64,000 bases of DNA from Myxococcota bacterium (GTDB lineage Bacteria > Myxococcota > UBA4151), in contig JAYZBQ010000058.1 in assembly GCA_036338695.1 (NCBI GenBank), positions 1-64,000 on the forward strand, written 5' to 3'. A model generated the notes under the pieces. The model worked only from the letters and a program-made list of their open reading frames with translations, made no database searches and was not told the DNA's origin. This document shows, one piece after another, positions 46,753 to 56,192 of this stretch. Position 1 is the stretch's first letter. The number at the start of each line of letters is the position of its first letter. A program made the translations under genes and the position numbers.

Positions 46753-47115
46753 ATGTTTTCACTTCTCTTTTACAAGGTCATGCACTTGGTCGGGCTGTTC
46801 GTCGCCTTTATGGGGCTTGCCGGTCTGGTATGGGCTGCGGCGACGGGCGCAGACAAGGCGTCGAAACGCCCCGCCTTGATCTTTCATGGCGTGGGACTTT
46901 TCTTCGCACTTGTCGGGGGGTTTGGTCTCGCCGCTCGCCTTGGGCTGGTCACCGGTTTACCGGGTTGGGTCCACGCGAAGGTGACGATCTGGCTGCTGCT
47001 CGGATTGATGCCAATCGTCGTCAAGCGCCGGCCCGACCTTGGAAAATGGGTCTGGTATTCGGCGCCGACCCTCGGGCTCCTCGCCGCCTACATCGGCGCG
47101 TACAAACCGTTCTGA
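46753..47115 (+). CDS. Small four-TM membrane protein (SirB-like)
   Basis: YKVMHLVG, FHGVG, WVHAK, C-terminal YKPF. Confidence 0.75.
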   Translation: MFSLLFYKVMHLVGLFVAFMGLAGLVWAAATGADKASKRPALIFHGVGLFFALVGGFGLAARLGLVTGLPGWVHAKVTIWLLLGLMPIVVKRRPDLGKWVWYSAPTLGLLAAYIGAYKPF

Positions 47116-47172
47116 ATCGGGACGTTCCGAGTGAGCTCAAGCGCTCATTAAGCGTTCAAAGCGACCCTGCGC

Positions 47173-48393
47173 TCACAAAAAGGGTGGGGCGTCCATCTGG
47201 ACCACCGAGCCATCGCAGCGTTCGATCGTCATCTGGTCGTTTCGAGCGAGGGGCAGGTGCTTTCGCCTAAGCAACAAGATCGGGTCGACCTCATCACATA
47301 GGGCGCGCTGCAAGCGCCGCATGAAGCCCGCATCCGGCGGGTACGTCACACCGAGCTCTTTCATGATCTGGGGCGGGTAGGCGATCGCTTGCAAGCGATC
47401 CACCGCACCGAGCTCCGGCGCAGCGTACTCAAAGGCCGCTCGGATCAGGCGTGGCGGAAAGGGCAGGATCGCTCGATCGATCTCGGGGCTTGAGGCGCTG
47501 TGCTGCGCCGCCAGGATCCCGACGTCGTAATTGCCTGCGTACAGCGCCCAGCTGATGTTCGCCGGCGCCAGCCGAACGACATGCAGAGCCGGCAAGAGCA
47601 GCGTCAGCGCAGCGAGCGCAAGGGTTGGGCGGGCACGCGCCGCAAGGAGCTGGCGCAGCGAGGTCGCAACGCCTCCCTTGTGAAGCAGCAAGACCAGCAA
47701 GACCGCCTGGCTAATGTTCCATGTCCAGACGTTCGGGTCGTAGTTCTGGCCGCCGGGCCCCAGTAGGGCGACCACGCCGAGGTGCAGCGCCACGCCGAGC
47801 CGTAACGCCCAGCGATCCCAGCCGCCTGCCTTCGCCAACATCACACCGAGCGCGAGCTCAGCCCCGATAATGAGCAGGCCGAACGGGACAGCGAGCGCAG
47901 CGCTCGGCTCATTCACCCCAAAGGGCTCAAGAAAGAAGGGCACCGTCCGGTCAAAGAAGTCGGCGTTAAGTTTGTGCAAGCCCGCCCAGAGGTACATGCC
48001 GACCAGGATCAAGCGGAGGTGCTGAGCCGCAAAGACATCGCCCTTGCGCCCATCCCGCCGCCGCGCCTCGAACAGCAACGGACCGCAGAGCATCAACAGC
48101 CAAGCCCAGGGCTGGAGACGCAGCTCGTCCAGCGCACACAGCAACAGAACCAGCAGCGACGCTACCCAGGTCGCCTGCCGGTGCCGCGGTCGAATCACGA
48201 GCGCAACGGCTGCGCCGGCGAGCAGCCCCGACAGGACCAAGTGCAACCAGCCGGGCGCCCCCACCCACAGCGGCACAAAGACGGGGCGATCAGGTGGCAA
48301 GACGAACCACAGGCGCGGGGTGGTGAGCATCTGCGCCAAGATTGTGATACCGAACCAAGCCTGGAGCCGCTGGGTGTAGAGGCTGGGTGTCAT
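47173..48393 (-). CDS. Membrane protein with HTTM/DoxX-like motifs
   Basis: DELRLQPW, YLWAGLHKLN..FF, AELALG, LH...VWTWN. Confidence 0.65.
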   Translation of the reverse strand: MTPSLYTQRLQAWFGITILAQMLTTPRLWFVLPPDRPVFVPLWVGAPGWLHLVLSGLLAGAAVALVIRPRHRQATWVASLLVLLLCALDELRLQPWAWLLMLCGPLLFEARRRDGRKGDVFAAQHLRLILVGMYLWAGLHKLNADFFDRTVPFFLEPFGVNEPSAALAVPFGLLIIGAELALGVMLAKAGGWDRWALRLGVALHLGVVALLGPGGQNYDPNVWTWNISQAVLLVLLLHKGGVATSLRQLLAARARPTLALAALTLLLPALHVVRLAPANISWALYAGNYDVGILAAQHSASSPEIDRAILPFPPRLIRAAFEYAAPELGAVDRLQAIAYPPQIMKELGVTYPPDAGFMRRLQRALCDEVDPILLLRRKHLPLARNDQMTIERCDGSVVQMDAPPFL

Positions 48394-48899
48394 GACGGCT
48401 TTCTTTTCAGCGAGATCGTGAGCTCAAACCGGGCAGCCGGGCCTTGAGCTTCTTTGCCCTCAACCAAGCAATGCAAGGGTGCTGTGACGTTCACGCGCTC
48501 GCCGGTGTCGGCAGCCTCACGAACGGCTTGAGCGATCATCTCGCCTGCGTCACAGACGAAGCGTGCGTGCCCGTCGACGCGGCTCAGGAAATCGGCGCGG
48601 AAGTCCTTGAAGATCAGGACAACGTCCGGGTCGATCTGTCGGATGTGACGCAGCGCCAAGAAACCTGCGGCGGTGTCGGCTCCTGCCGCCAGGACACCAA
48701 AATACATACTGTGCAGATGATTCTTCGAGCGGCGTCCCAGCGGGATACGCACATCGATCGATTCGTCGCTGAGCGCGACGATCCGCGGCCGAACGTAGCC
48801 CAACGAGGGGATCAAGGTCCCCCCGAGGAGCTTGAGTAAGAGGTTATCCCCTTTGGGCGAGCCGAGGCGATCGGCGATCTGAAAAGCGGTCTTCATCAT
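48390..48899 (-). CDS. Hotdog-fold (DUF4442/YiiD-like) thioesterase family protein
   Basis: KNHLHSMYFG, IFKDFRADFL.R. Confidence 0.8.
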   Translation of the reverse strand: MMKTAFQIADRLGSPKGDNLLLKLLGGTLIPSLGYVRPRIVALSDESIDVRIPLGRRSKNHLHSMYFGVLAAGADTAAGFLALRHIRQIDPDVVLIFKDFRADFLSRVDGHARFVCDAGEMIAQAVREAADTGERVNVTAPLHCLVEGKEAQGPAARFELTISLKRKPS

Positions 48900-48949
48900 A
48901 GCCAAGCGCTTCGCCTGCTCACCAGCAAAAGAAAAGCGATTGAGTCAGG

Positions 48950-49588
48950 TTAGCCGCAGTCGCTGCCAAATCGGCAGAGGCGATCGATGGGCTCGAAGGG
49001 GCCAGCGTCCACTCCTGGATCGACCGGCAGACAACAGCCGAGACCATCGCAAGGGTCCGGGTGGGGGTGCCAACCGATGTCGATCCCGGCGTGATGTCCG
49101 TCATTAACCTGCTCCACGGCGCAGGCTTTGGTGCAGTAGCCACCTTGACCGTCAAGCCGCGCAACACAGTAAAAATTGGGGTCCTCAGCGCTGCACGAGT
49201 CCACCTCACCGGCGTTAAAGTCGGGTACGACACAGGGCGCTCCGAGCCCGGTCGCTGGCCCGCCACCCGCATCCTGCGGTGGCGAACCCGTGTCCGGCCG
49301 AGCGCTCACCTCTCGGCTCATAAAGCCGAGGTCGTCAGCTCCGCTGTCACGGGGGGGCGCGACGCCGGTGTCCCTTGCCGCATCCGGTAGGCTCTGGCCT
49401 GAATCGATAACGACGGCGCCGGCGTCACGCTCGGTAGGACGCTGGCAGGCCCCTTGCTGGCAGACCCAGCCGGCGGCGCAGGTGCCCGGCCCGTCACACG
49501 GCGCGGTACGCTCGCAACTGCTCAGCAGCACAGCGAGCACCCAAAGAGGTGTGATTCGCCTCAGTTGCAGTCCGGCGCGAAGCGACAC
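48950..49588 (-). CDS. Cys-rich lipoprotein (tandem paralog B)
   Basis: LSSC; CDGPGTCAAG; PNFYCVARLDGQGGYCTKAC; start uncertain. Confidence 0.7.
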   Translation of the reverse strand: MSLRAGLQLRRITPLWVLAVLLSSCERTAPCDGPGTCAAGWVCQQGACQRPTERDAGAVVIDSGQSLPDAARDTGVAPPRDSGADDLGFMSREVSARPDTGSPPQDAGGGPATGLGAPCVVPDFNAGEVDSCSAEDPNFYCVARLDGQGGYCTKACAVEQVNDGHHAGIDIGWHPHPDPCDGLGCCLPVDPGVDAGPFEPIDRLCRFGSDCG

Positions 49589-50217
49589 ACGCCCTCGATC
49601 AGGTCACCGGGCAGCTGCCCAGCGTCTTCGTCGTTGGGCACGGCGACGCAGCAGCCGGCGCCGCAGTTGTTGTCAACGTTCCCGGCGTCACCCTCTTCTT
49701 CGTGATCGCTGACTTCGCACGCTTGCGTGCAATAACCACCCTGGCCGCTCAGGTTCGCAATGCAATAGTAGTTCGGGTTATCGATGCTGCATGGATCGGT
49801 CTCACCTTGCTCAAGATTAGGCACCTCGCAGGCGTCACCGAGAGTGAGTACGTTGACGACGGGGACGTCAAAGACCGGCTCGCCCGCATCCGCTGGGTCG
49901 ACACCACCGCCGACGTCCTGGGGGACGGAGGGCGCAGCGTCGAGATCAAACCCCATGTCACGAAAGACGATGTTGGCATCGATCGGGGGGCGAGCGGGAC
50001 CCGAATCCACCACCGGACCTGCATCATAAACGCCCGTGCCGGTGTCCGGTCGAGCGCTGGCGTCTGGAGCAGGGGTCATGACCGCTTCACAGATCCCGCC
50101 GGAGCAAATCGCACCGGCTGGGCAATCTCCTGGACCTTCGCAGGTTTGTTCTTCCGATTTGCAAGCCGAGACAATCAACGGCAAGGCGAGGACGATAGGC
50201 AGGAGGCTGTGTTTCAT
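49561..50217 (-). CDS. Cys-rich lipoprotein (tandem paralog A)
   Basis: VSAC; CEGPGDCPAG; PNYYCIANLSGQGGYCTQAC. Confidence 0.75.
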   Translation of the reverse strand: MKHSLLPIVLALPLIVSACKSEEQTCEGPGDCPAGAICSGGICEAVMTPAPDASARPDTGTGVYDAGPVVDSGPARPPIDANIVFRDMGFDLDAAPSVPQDVGGGVDPADAGEPVFDVPVVNVLTLGDACEVPNLEQGETDPCSIDNPNYYCIANLSGQGGYCTQACEVSDHEEEGDAGNVDNNCGAGCCVAVPNDEDAGQLPGDLIEGVCRFAPDCN

Positions 50218-50295
50218 CGGACAGGTTCCCTTCACGTGGGTGCCGAGGGCGACTGAACCGACTCATCGACCTGCACCTTACGGAGGCACATACCG

Positions 50296-50970
50296 GTGAA
50301 ACGGCACGAAAAAGCAAGCAGAATCCTCGACACGCTGGAGGAACTTTACCCGAATCCGGGGATTCCGCTAGACCACAAGGACCCTTACACGCTCCTGATC
50401 GCCGTCCTCTTGTCCGCTCAAAGCACGGACAAGAAGGTCAACGAGATCACGCCCGGCCTCTTCTCTCTTGCCGACACGCCGGCGGCGATGGCGGCGGTTG
50501 AGCTGAGCTCGATCCGCGAGGCGATACGCCAAATCGGCTTAGCGAACACGAAAGCCAAGGCGATTAAACGCCTCAGCGAGCTCGTCGTAGAGCGTCACCA
50601 AGGGACCGTGCCTTCGTCCTTTGAGGCGCTCGAGGCGCTCCCAGGCGTGGGCCACAAGACCGCATCGGTCGTGATGGCTCAGGCTTTCGGTCACCCCGCC
50701 TTCCCGGTCGACACCCACATCCACCGACTGGCGGCCCGTTGGGGCTTGAGCGCCGCCAAGAACGTCGAACAGACCGAGCGCGACCTCAAGCGCCTCTTTC
50801 CGAGGTCGAAGTGGAACGCCGTGCATCTGCAGATCATCTACTTTGGGCGGGAATACTGCCCGGCGCGCTACCACGACCTGACGACGTGTCCGATCTGTTC
50901 GTGGGCGTCCACCAAGAAGCGCCAAGCCGAGGAGGCGCGCAGCAACGCTAAGCTGCGTCGTCGAACCTAA
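50296..50970 (+). CDS. nth: Endonuclease III
   Basis: LLSAQSTD, LPGVGHKTA, FPVDTHIHR, GREYCPAR. Confidence 0.93.
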   Translation: MKRHEKASRILDTLEELYPNPGIPLDHKDPYTLLIAVLLSAQSTDKKVNEITPGLFSLADTPAAMAAVELSSIREAIRQIGLANTKAKAIKRLSELVVERHQGTVPSSFEALEALPGVGHKTASVVMAQAFGHPAFPVDTHIHRLAARWGLSAAKNVEQTERDLKRLFPRSKWNAVHLQIIYFGREYCPARYHDLTTCPICSWASTKKRQAEEARSNAKLRRRT

Positions 50971-52138
50971 GTACCTGCCCTTTAGCGAAGTCGAGCAGAT
51001 AGAGCGCACCGTCGGCACCCTGGGCGAACGAGGCGATCAAACGCCCAAACTCGCCGATCAACCTCAGCTCGCTCACCGCTCCGGCTTGAGCGGGCAGGGC
51101 AGCTGACCAGACCCTTCCCGTGACAAAGTCACCGAACACATAGCGACCCTTGTGGGCGGCGAGAGCAGCGCCACGGTGGACATAGCCGCCCGTGATCGAG
51201 CGCCCAAGGTCGTGCCCGTACTGCACGAAAGCCGGCGCGTAGTCGCTTAGGTTGCAGTCGCCTGATTTTGAGAAGCAGTTGTTCCCCTCGGTTCGATCCC
51301 AGCCCAAGTTGTCGCCCGAGCTGACCAGTGAGACCTCCTCCCACTTGTCCTGACCGACGTCCGCCACGATGAGTCGTCCGTCCGGAGCGAACGAGAACTT
51401 CCAGGGGTTGCGCACGCCGTAGACGAAGACCTCAGGGCGCGCGCCGGCTTCACCGACGAAGGGGTTGTCGGTCGGTATGGCGTACGGTTTCTGCGGGCTC
51501 GAACCAGCGACGTCGATGCGCGCAATCGTGCCCAGCAACGTCCCCTTGTTCTGCCCGTGTTTACCCGGGTCATCGCGCCACCCACCATCGCCAAAACCAA
51601 CATACAGGTAGCCATCCAAGCCAAAGCTCAACTGTCCAGCGTTGTGGTTGGGGTAGGGCTGAACGACGTCAAACAGTACGATCTCGCTGCGCTTATCGAG
51701 CTGACCCGACGCATACTCAAAGCTGGCGATCCGAGTCAGCTGCTCCGCTCCACGCTGTATGTTGCGATTGATAAACACGCGCCGGTCGCGCGGGTAATCG
51801 GGGTGGAAGGCGAGCCCCAGCAAACCCATCTCGGAGTCGCTAATGACCTCGAACTGATGAACGAGCTTCACCGATCGTGTTTTTAGATCGAAGCGCTTAA
51901 GGGCGCCGCCCTTCTCGAGCAGCAAACCACGTTGCGGCGCGCCCGGCTCGAACTGCATGTCCGTTGGCTGCGCCAAACCGTCGAGCACCAAGCGAAGCTC
52001 AACGCCCGAGACCGCTGCCGCCGCAGCCTCATCGACAGCGGGCGCTTCGTACGAAGGGCTGAACCAGCTAACGAGGGTTCCTCGGCAGCCGCTGCAACCG
52101 ACGATGCTCAACAACGCAAGGGCGGCTGTGAGCCTCAT
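50948..52138 (-). CDS. PQQ-dependent sugar dehydrogenase (GSDH family)
   Basis: EMGLLGLAFHP, NHNAG, GFGDGG, YGVRNPW, DVGQ, SITGG. Confidence 0.88.
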   Translation of the reverse strand: MRLTAALALLSIVGCSGCRGTLVSWFSPSYEAPAVDEAAAAAVSGVELRLVLDGLAQPTDMQFEPGAPQRGLLLEKGGALKRFDLKTRSVKLVHQFEVISDSEMGLLGLAFHPDYPRDRRVFINRNIQRGAEQLTRIASFEYASGQLDKRSEIVLFDVVQPYPNHNAGQLSFGLDGYLYVGFGDGGWRDDPGKHGQNKGTLLGTIARIDVAGSSPQKPYAIPTDNPFVGEAGARPEVFVYGVRNPWKFSFAPDGRLIVADVGQDKWEEVSLVSSGDNLGWDRTEGNNCFSKSGDCNLSDYAPAFVQYGHDLGRSITGGYVHRGAALAAHKGRYVFGDFVTGRVWSAALPAQAGAVSELRLIGEFGRLIASFAQGADGALYLLDFAKGQVLRFDDAA

Positions 52139-53550
52139 TTGTTGAGCACGATGTAGAGCGTCCGCTGCCGCCTCTGAATGAGCAAGAGGGTTCGTTTGCC
52201 GCTGCGCTTGTAGCGCTGCTTGAACGCTGCCAGGCTTCGGACGGACTTCTGGTTTACCTCAACCAACACATCACCAGCCTGCACGCCAGCCCGGTCAGCG
52301 GGGGAGCCCGGCTCGACCGCAGTGACGACCACGCCTGCCTTAATCCGCCGCGGGATCGCATACTGCTCGCGTAGACGACCGTCGATGTTCTCAAGGACCA
52401 GCCCAGCCAGATGCCCACTCTTCGCCTCAGCGGGCGGTTCCTTTTGGGCGCGCCCGCCGTCGCCCTCGAGCTCACCGAGCTTCACGCTCATCGTACGCGC
52501 ACGTCCTTTGCGCAGGAGCTTCAACTTGACCCGAGCCCCCGAACCCGCTGCAGCGACTCGGTTCCGCAGATGAGCCGGGTCTCTCAAGGTCTCGCCGGCG
52601 AGCTCCACGATCACGTCGCCACGCTTGATCCCGCTGCGCGCCGCTGGGCTGTCTTGCATCACATCCGAGATCAGCACGCCCTTGGTCGACTTCAGCCCCA
52701 TCGCTCGCTGAAGATCTTTCGTGACGGGCTGTATCGCGACACCAAGCCAGCCTCGAACAACCCGTCCGTGCTTGAGGAGGCTGTTCATGACGGCACGCGC
52801 CATGTTGGAGGGGACTGCAAACCCGATCCCCTGATAGCCGCCGCTGCGTGAGGCGATGGCCGTGTTGATGCCGATGAGCCTGCCTTGCAGATCAATCAGC
52901 GCACCGCCGCTGTTGCCCGGATTAATCGCCGCATCGGTCTGGATAAAGTCTTCATAGTCGACGATCCCCACGTTGGCGCGCCCCTTAGCCGAAACGATCC
53001 CCATCGTGACGGTATGTCCCAGGCCAAAAGGGTTGCCGATGGCGACCACCATCTCGCCCAGCCGCAGCCTGTCCGAGTCACCCAGCGCGATCGGCGCGAG
53101 GTCTTTAGGCGGCTTCAACATCTTGATAACGGCAATGTCCGACTTTGGGTCGGCGCCCACCACCTCAGCGTCAAAGTCCCGCCCATCGCTAAGCGTCACG
53201 CGGATCTTCGACGCGCCTTCGATCACGTGGTTGTTCGTCAGGATCACGCCGCTCTTGCGCACGATCACCCCACTTCCGAGGCTGTTCTCACGCTCTGGCA
53301 TCGACCGCCGCTGCTGCGGCGCACCCGGGCCAAAGAAGCGCTTGAAGAAGGGGTCATTGAGCAGCGGGTGACCACCCGGCCGGGCGCTCATCGCCTTGGT
53401 CGTCGAGATGTTGACCACCGCACGCACCCGACGCTCCGCCACGTTGGCGATGGCGTCGCTCGCAAAACCCGTTGGGTCCCACTTGGCGGCTTGAGCGACC
53501 GGCGTAGACAGTGAGAGGGCGGCGAGCGCCCAGAGCATTCGTGGGATCAT
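52135..53550 (-). CDS. degP: DegP/DegQ (HtrA) serine protease with two PDZ domains
   Basis: LTNNHV, DIAV, QTDAAINPGNSGG, RGWLGV, two SPA..G...GD PDZ motifs. Confidence 0.92.
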   Translation of the reverse strand: MIPRMLWALAALSLSTPVAQAAKWDPTGFASDAIANVAERRVRAVVNISTTKAMSARPGGHPLLNDPFFKRFFGPGAPQQRRSMPERENSLGSGVIVRKSGVILTNNHVIEGASKIRVTLSDGRDFDAEVVGADPKSDIAVIKMLKPPKDLAPIALGDSDRLRLGEMVVAIGNPFGLGHTVTMGIVSAKGRANVGIVDYEDFIQTDAAINPGNSGGALIDLQGRLIGINTAIASRSGGYQGIGFAVPSNMARAVMNSLLKHGRVVRGWLGVAIQPVTKDLQRAMGLKSTKGVLISDVMQDSPAARSGIKRGDVIVELAGETLRDPAHLRNRVAAAGSGARVKLKLLRKGRARTMSVKLGELEGDGGRAQKEPPAEAKSGHLAGLVLENIDGRLREQYAIPRRIKAGVVVTAVEPGSPADRAGVQAGDVLVEVNQKSVRSLAAFKQRYKRSGKRTLLLIQRRQRTLYIVLNK

Positions 53551-53621
53551 TAAAACGGCTCCTCGTTCTATCGCCTTGACGATAGAGCCACCTAAACTAT
53601 TTCGAAGAAATGGCGCTGCGA

Positions 53622-54626
53622 TCAATCCAAGCAGTGGCCGTAGTCAAAGACGCTGACCCCTTGAGACGCTGCGGTGCACGCGCTGGTGTAGGTCTTTTGA
53701 TCACAGCCACACACGGGGGTGGGGTACAGGTCCACCGGACACAGCGGGGCGCCCGAAGCGTCCTGCTCGACGTTCGGCGCACAGTATCCGCTGCCGCCGC
53801 AGACTGCCAGCTCCGGCTGACGACACCACTGACCTTCGCCGCACGGGTTGTCGGCGTCGCACGCCACTTTGCCAAGGCTGAGCGCCTTGAGGGTCGCCTT
53901 GAATGAGCGGTACTGGTTCAAGTCCGATAAGACGATGCGTTCTCCAGCCGAGACGTAGATCGCCAGCTTACCGTCGGCTCGATAGACGTAAAACTCGTCC
54001 TTAGATGCGCCGTCGTGTGCGTTCAGCCAGACATGGTCCGCCTGCGTGTCCTGGAAGACTGGGTAGTTCACCTGGACCTGGCTTGTCCGCTCGTTGCCGT
54101 CGCAACTGTCCGTCGCGTGAAGCGCGCACGCCCCGTAAGAGTTGCGCAACTCGGACATCACCTTCTGCTCCGATGAGTGGCAGAAGCCCTGCTCGCAGGT
54201 CTCGCCGTCGCCGCAGTCCGAAGCAGCGGCGCAGGTCGTGCCGACCTCACCCGAGTTCTTGAGCACCGTCGCAAAGGCGACGTCGAACCCCTCACTCGCC
54301 AGCTGATCTTTGAGCACCTGCAGATAGCCCATCTGCTGGGCGCAAAAGGCGCAGTTGATCTTGTACATGCTCACGACCGTGACCTTACCTTCGAAAGCTT
54401 CGAGCCCGAAGGTCTCCATAAACCGCTCACTGTTCTGGTTCACGTCCTGGAGCTGCCAAGTCGGAAGATCCGCGCAGACACACTGCGAGGCGGCGCCTCC
54501 CTCACAGGCGGGGGGGGCATCACACGACACCTCGGTCTGCTCCCAGCCACCGACCCGCTGCTTGGGTTGAATGTTCCGATAGTCCGAACAGCCGGCGATC
54601 AGCACCGCAAGCGCCAGGTAACGCAT
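53622..54626 (-). CDS. Lipoprotein with selenoprotein-P-like thioredoxin domain (CAFC) and Kazal-like tail
   Basis: IAGC lipobox; GKVTVVS...NCAFC; YPVFQD...VW...G.SKDEFYVY..DGKL; PVCGCDQKTYTSAC. Confidence 0.7.
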   Translation of the reverse strand: MRYLALAVLIAGCSDYRNIQPKQRVGGWEQTEVSCDAPPACEGGAASQCVCADLPTWQLQDVNQNSERFMETFGLEAFEGKVTVVSMYKINCAFCAQQMGYLQVLKDQLASEGFDVAFATVLKNSGEVGTTCAAASDCGDGETCEQGFCHSSEQKVMSELRNSYGACALHATDSCDGNERTSQVQVNYPVFQDTQADHVWLNAHDGASKDEFYVYRADGKLAIYVSAGERIVLSDLNQYRSFKATLKALSLGKVACDADNPCGEGQWCRQPELAVCGGSGYCAPNVEQDASGAPLCPVDLYPTPVCGCDQKTYTSACTAASQGVSVFDYGHCLD

Positions 54627-54958
54627 TATCGCCGCCGTCTTCTCAAGCCGATGACAGGCACCAGCCACAGCCAGCTCGCTGCGCCGCCGACCGAGCAGCC
54701 GCCCTCGGGCTCAGGCGGCGTGACGCCAGCGTCCGCTCGAGGGCGCCGCCGCCGCTGCCCGGTGTCCACCGGCCCAGCGTCATACATCCCTGCGTCCCAG
54801 TCTGGCAGAACAACACAGCAAAGCCCGTCAGCGCAACCGGTGTCTGGATACGCGCCAGCGTCCATCGCTGAGCCAGTATCGGCCTCGGGCACGTTAGCGC
54901 CTACATCTGCGTAAGCCGACGTCGCCACCAACACCATCAACACTCCTAAGATGCGCAT
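54626..54958 (-). CDS. Small MYXO-CTERM-type sorted protein
   Basis: Signal peptide; DAG repeats; C-terminus GGCSVGGAASWLWLVPVIGLRRRRR. Confidence 0.72.
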   Translation of the reverse strand: MRILGVLMVLVATSAYADVGANVPEADTGSAMDAGAYPDTGCADGLCCVVLPDWDAGMYDAGPVDTGQRRRRPRADAGVTPPEPEGGCSVGGAASWLWLVPVIGLRRRRR

Positions 54959-54973
54959 GGAGGTCCCCCTAAA

Positions 54974-56050
54974 CTAGTCGTCCAACAGCTCGTCGATGGC
55001 TGCTGTGTAGCCCGTCTGAGCGCGTGGGTCGTCCTCGCACCGCGAGGCGAAGTTGAAGCTCATGTCGTCGCCGTCGAGCACGTAGTAGTTGGGTAGCCCG
55101 TTGTCACAGGTGGTGATCCACTCACGACGCCAGACCTCGTTGAAGCCCGCTCGTCCGTTGCCGTTATCGAGCAGCATACGCGCCGGGTCGATGCTTTTGG
55201 CCTGCGCATCGGCGAAGCATTCCTGCACCGTAGCCGGCGTGCGGGTGTTCCCCTGACCGATGACGTAATACGCTTCGACCGGTTGCCCTTGGTCTTTGTA
55301 CTGCTGGATCAGTTGCTCAGTCTGCGGGAGGCGCTGGCGACAGGCTGAGCACCAGCCCGCCGTCAACACCATCACCTGTGCTTTGACGCGACCGCAGTTG
55401 TCGTGAATCGCTACCGTGTCACCGTAGCAGTTCGGCAGCACGAGGTCGCGCAGCTTATCGCCGCGCTGGTTGCCCTCACCTTCGCTCTCGCACTCGCCCA
55501 AAATGTTGGTTTCGATCGGCGCATCCCAGCGCACGTTGCTGCCACAGAAGCTCGTGCCACGCCGCTTGGGCTCCGAGCCGTCCTCTTCCATCTCCTCAAA
55601 CATCACGTTGTTGAGGCGCGCCTTGAAGGTGCCGCCCACCACGCCGGTCGAGACGATCTCGAGCACGCCGGTCGCTTGGTAGATCTCGTTGCAGACGCCG
55701 TCGTCGTCGCAATCACGGTAGGCGCGCACCAGCGGGTCGGCTTCGTTGCCGTCGTCGGCTTCGAGCATGTAGGAGCCAGCGGGTAGGGGCTCCGTCTCAT
55801 CCGGCAGCAAGAAGGACGTGAACTCGATCTTATCAAAGCGGGAGCCCGCCCCCGAAGCCTCGTAGCCCAAGTACTCCTTACCCGTCTTGCGACCGAACAC
55901 AGCGGTCCCCGAATCGACGGCAAAGTCCGCTTGGTCACAGGTCCCTTCGTGGATGATATCGTCCCAAGAGGGCTCTTGAGGCCCGTCATCGGCGGGACCG
56001 CAAGCGGTCGCCAGTGCGAGGCATGAAATGGCAAGTGCGATACGCGTCAT
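54974..56050 (-). CDS. Lipoprotein with C-terminal TlpA/thioredoxin-like domain
   Basis: ATAC lipobox; G..RGD...D..L.NC.G; TAGWCSAC; GLP.YYVLD. Confidence 0.75.
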   Translation of the reverse strand: MTRIALAISCLALATACGPADDGPQEPSWDDIIHEGTCDQADFAVDSGTAVFGRKTGKEYLGYEASGAGSRFDKIEFTSFLLPDETEPLPAGSYMLEADDGNEADPLVRAYRDCDDDGVCNEIYQATGVLEIVSTGVVGGTFKARLNNVMFEEMEEDGSEPKRRGTSFCGSNVRWDAPIETNILGECESEGEGNQRGDKLRDLVLPNCYGDTVAIHDNCGRVKAQVMVLTAGWCSACRQRLPQTEQLIQQYKDQGQPVEAYYVIGQGNTRTPATVQECFADAQAKSIDPARMLLDNGNGRAGFNEVWRREWITTCDNGLPNYYVLDGDDMSFNFASRCEDDPRAQTGYTAAIDELLDD

Positions 56051-56192
56051 GAGACGTCTCCTGTCTAAGCCTTTGGGTCATGCACCAGAACGCTATCCCG
56101 AACAAGTGCAGCAGCGCATGAACGCTAAGAAGTTATCACGATTTGATCTCGCGCGCACGGCGGCGCACACTGTGGTCGCTGGAGAACCCCAC

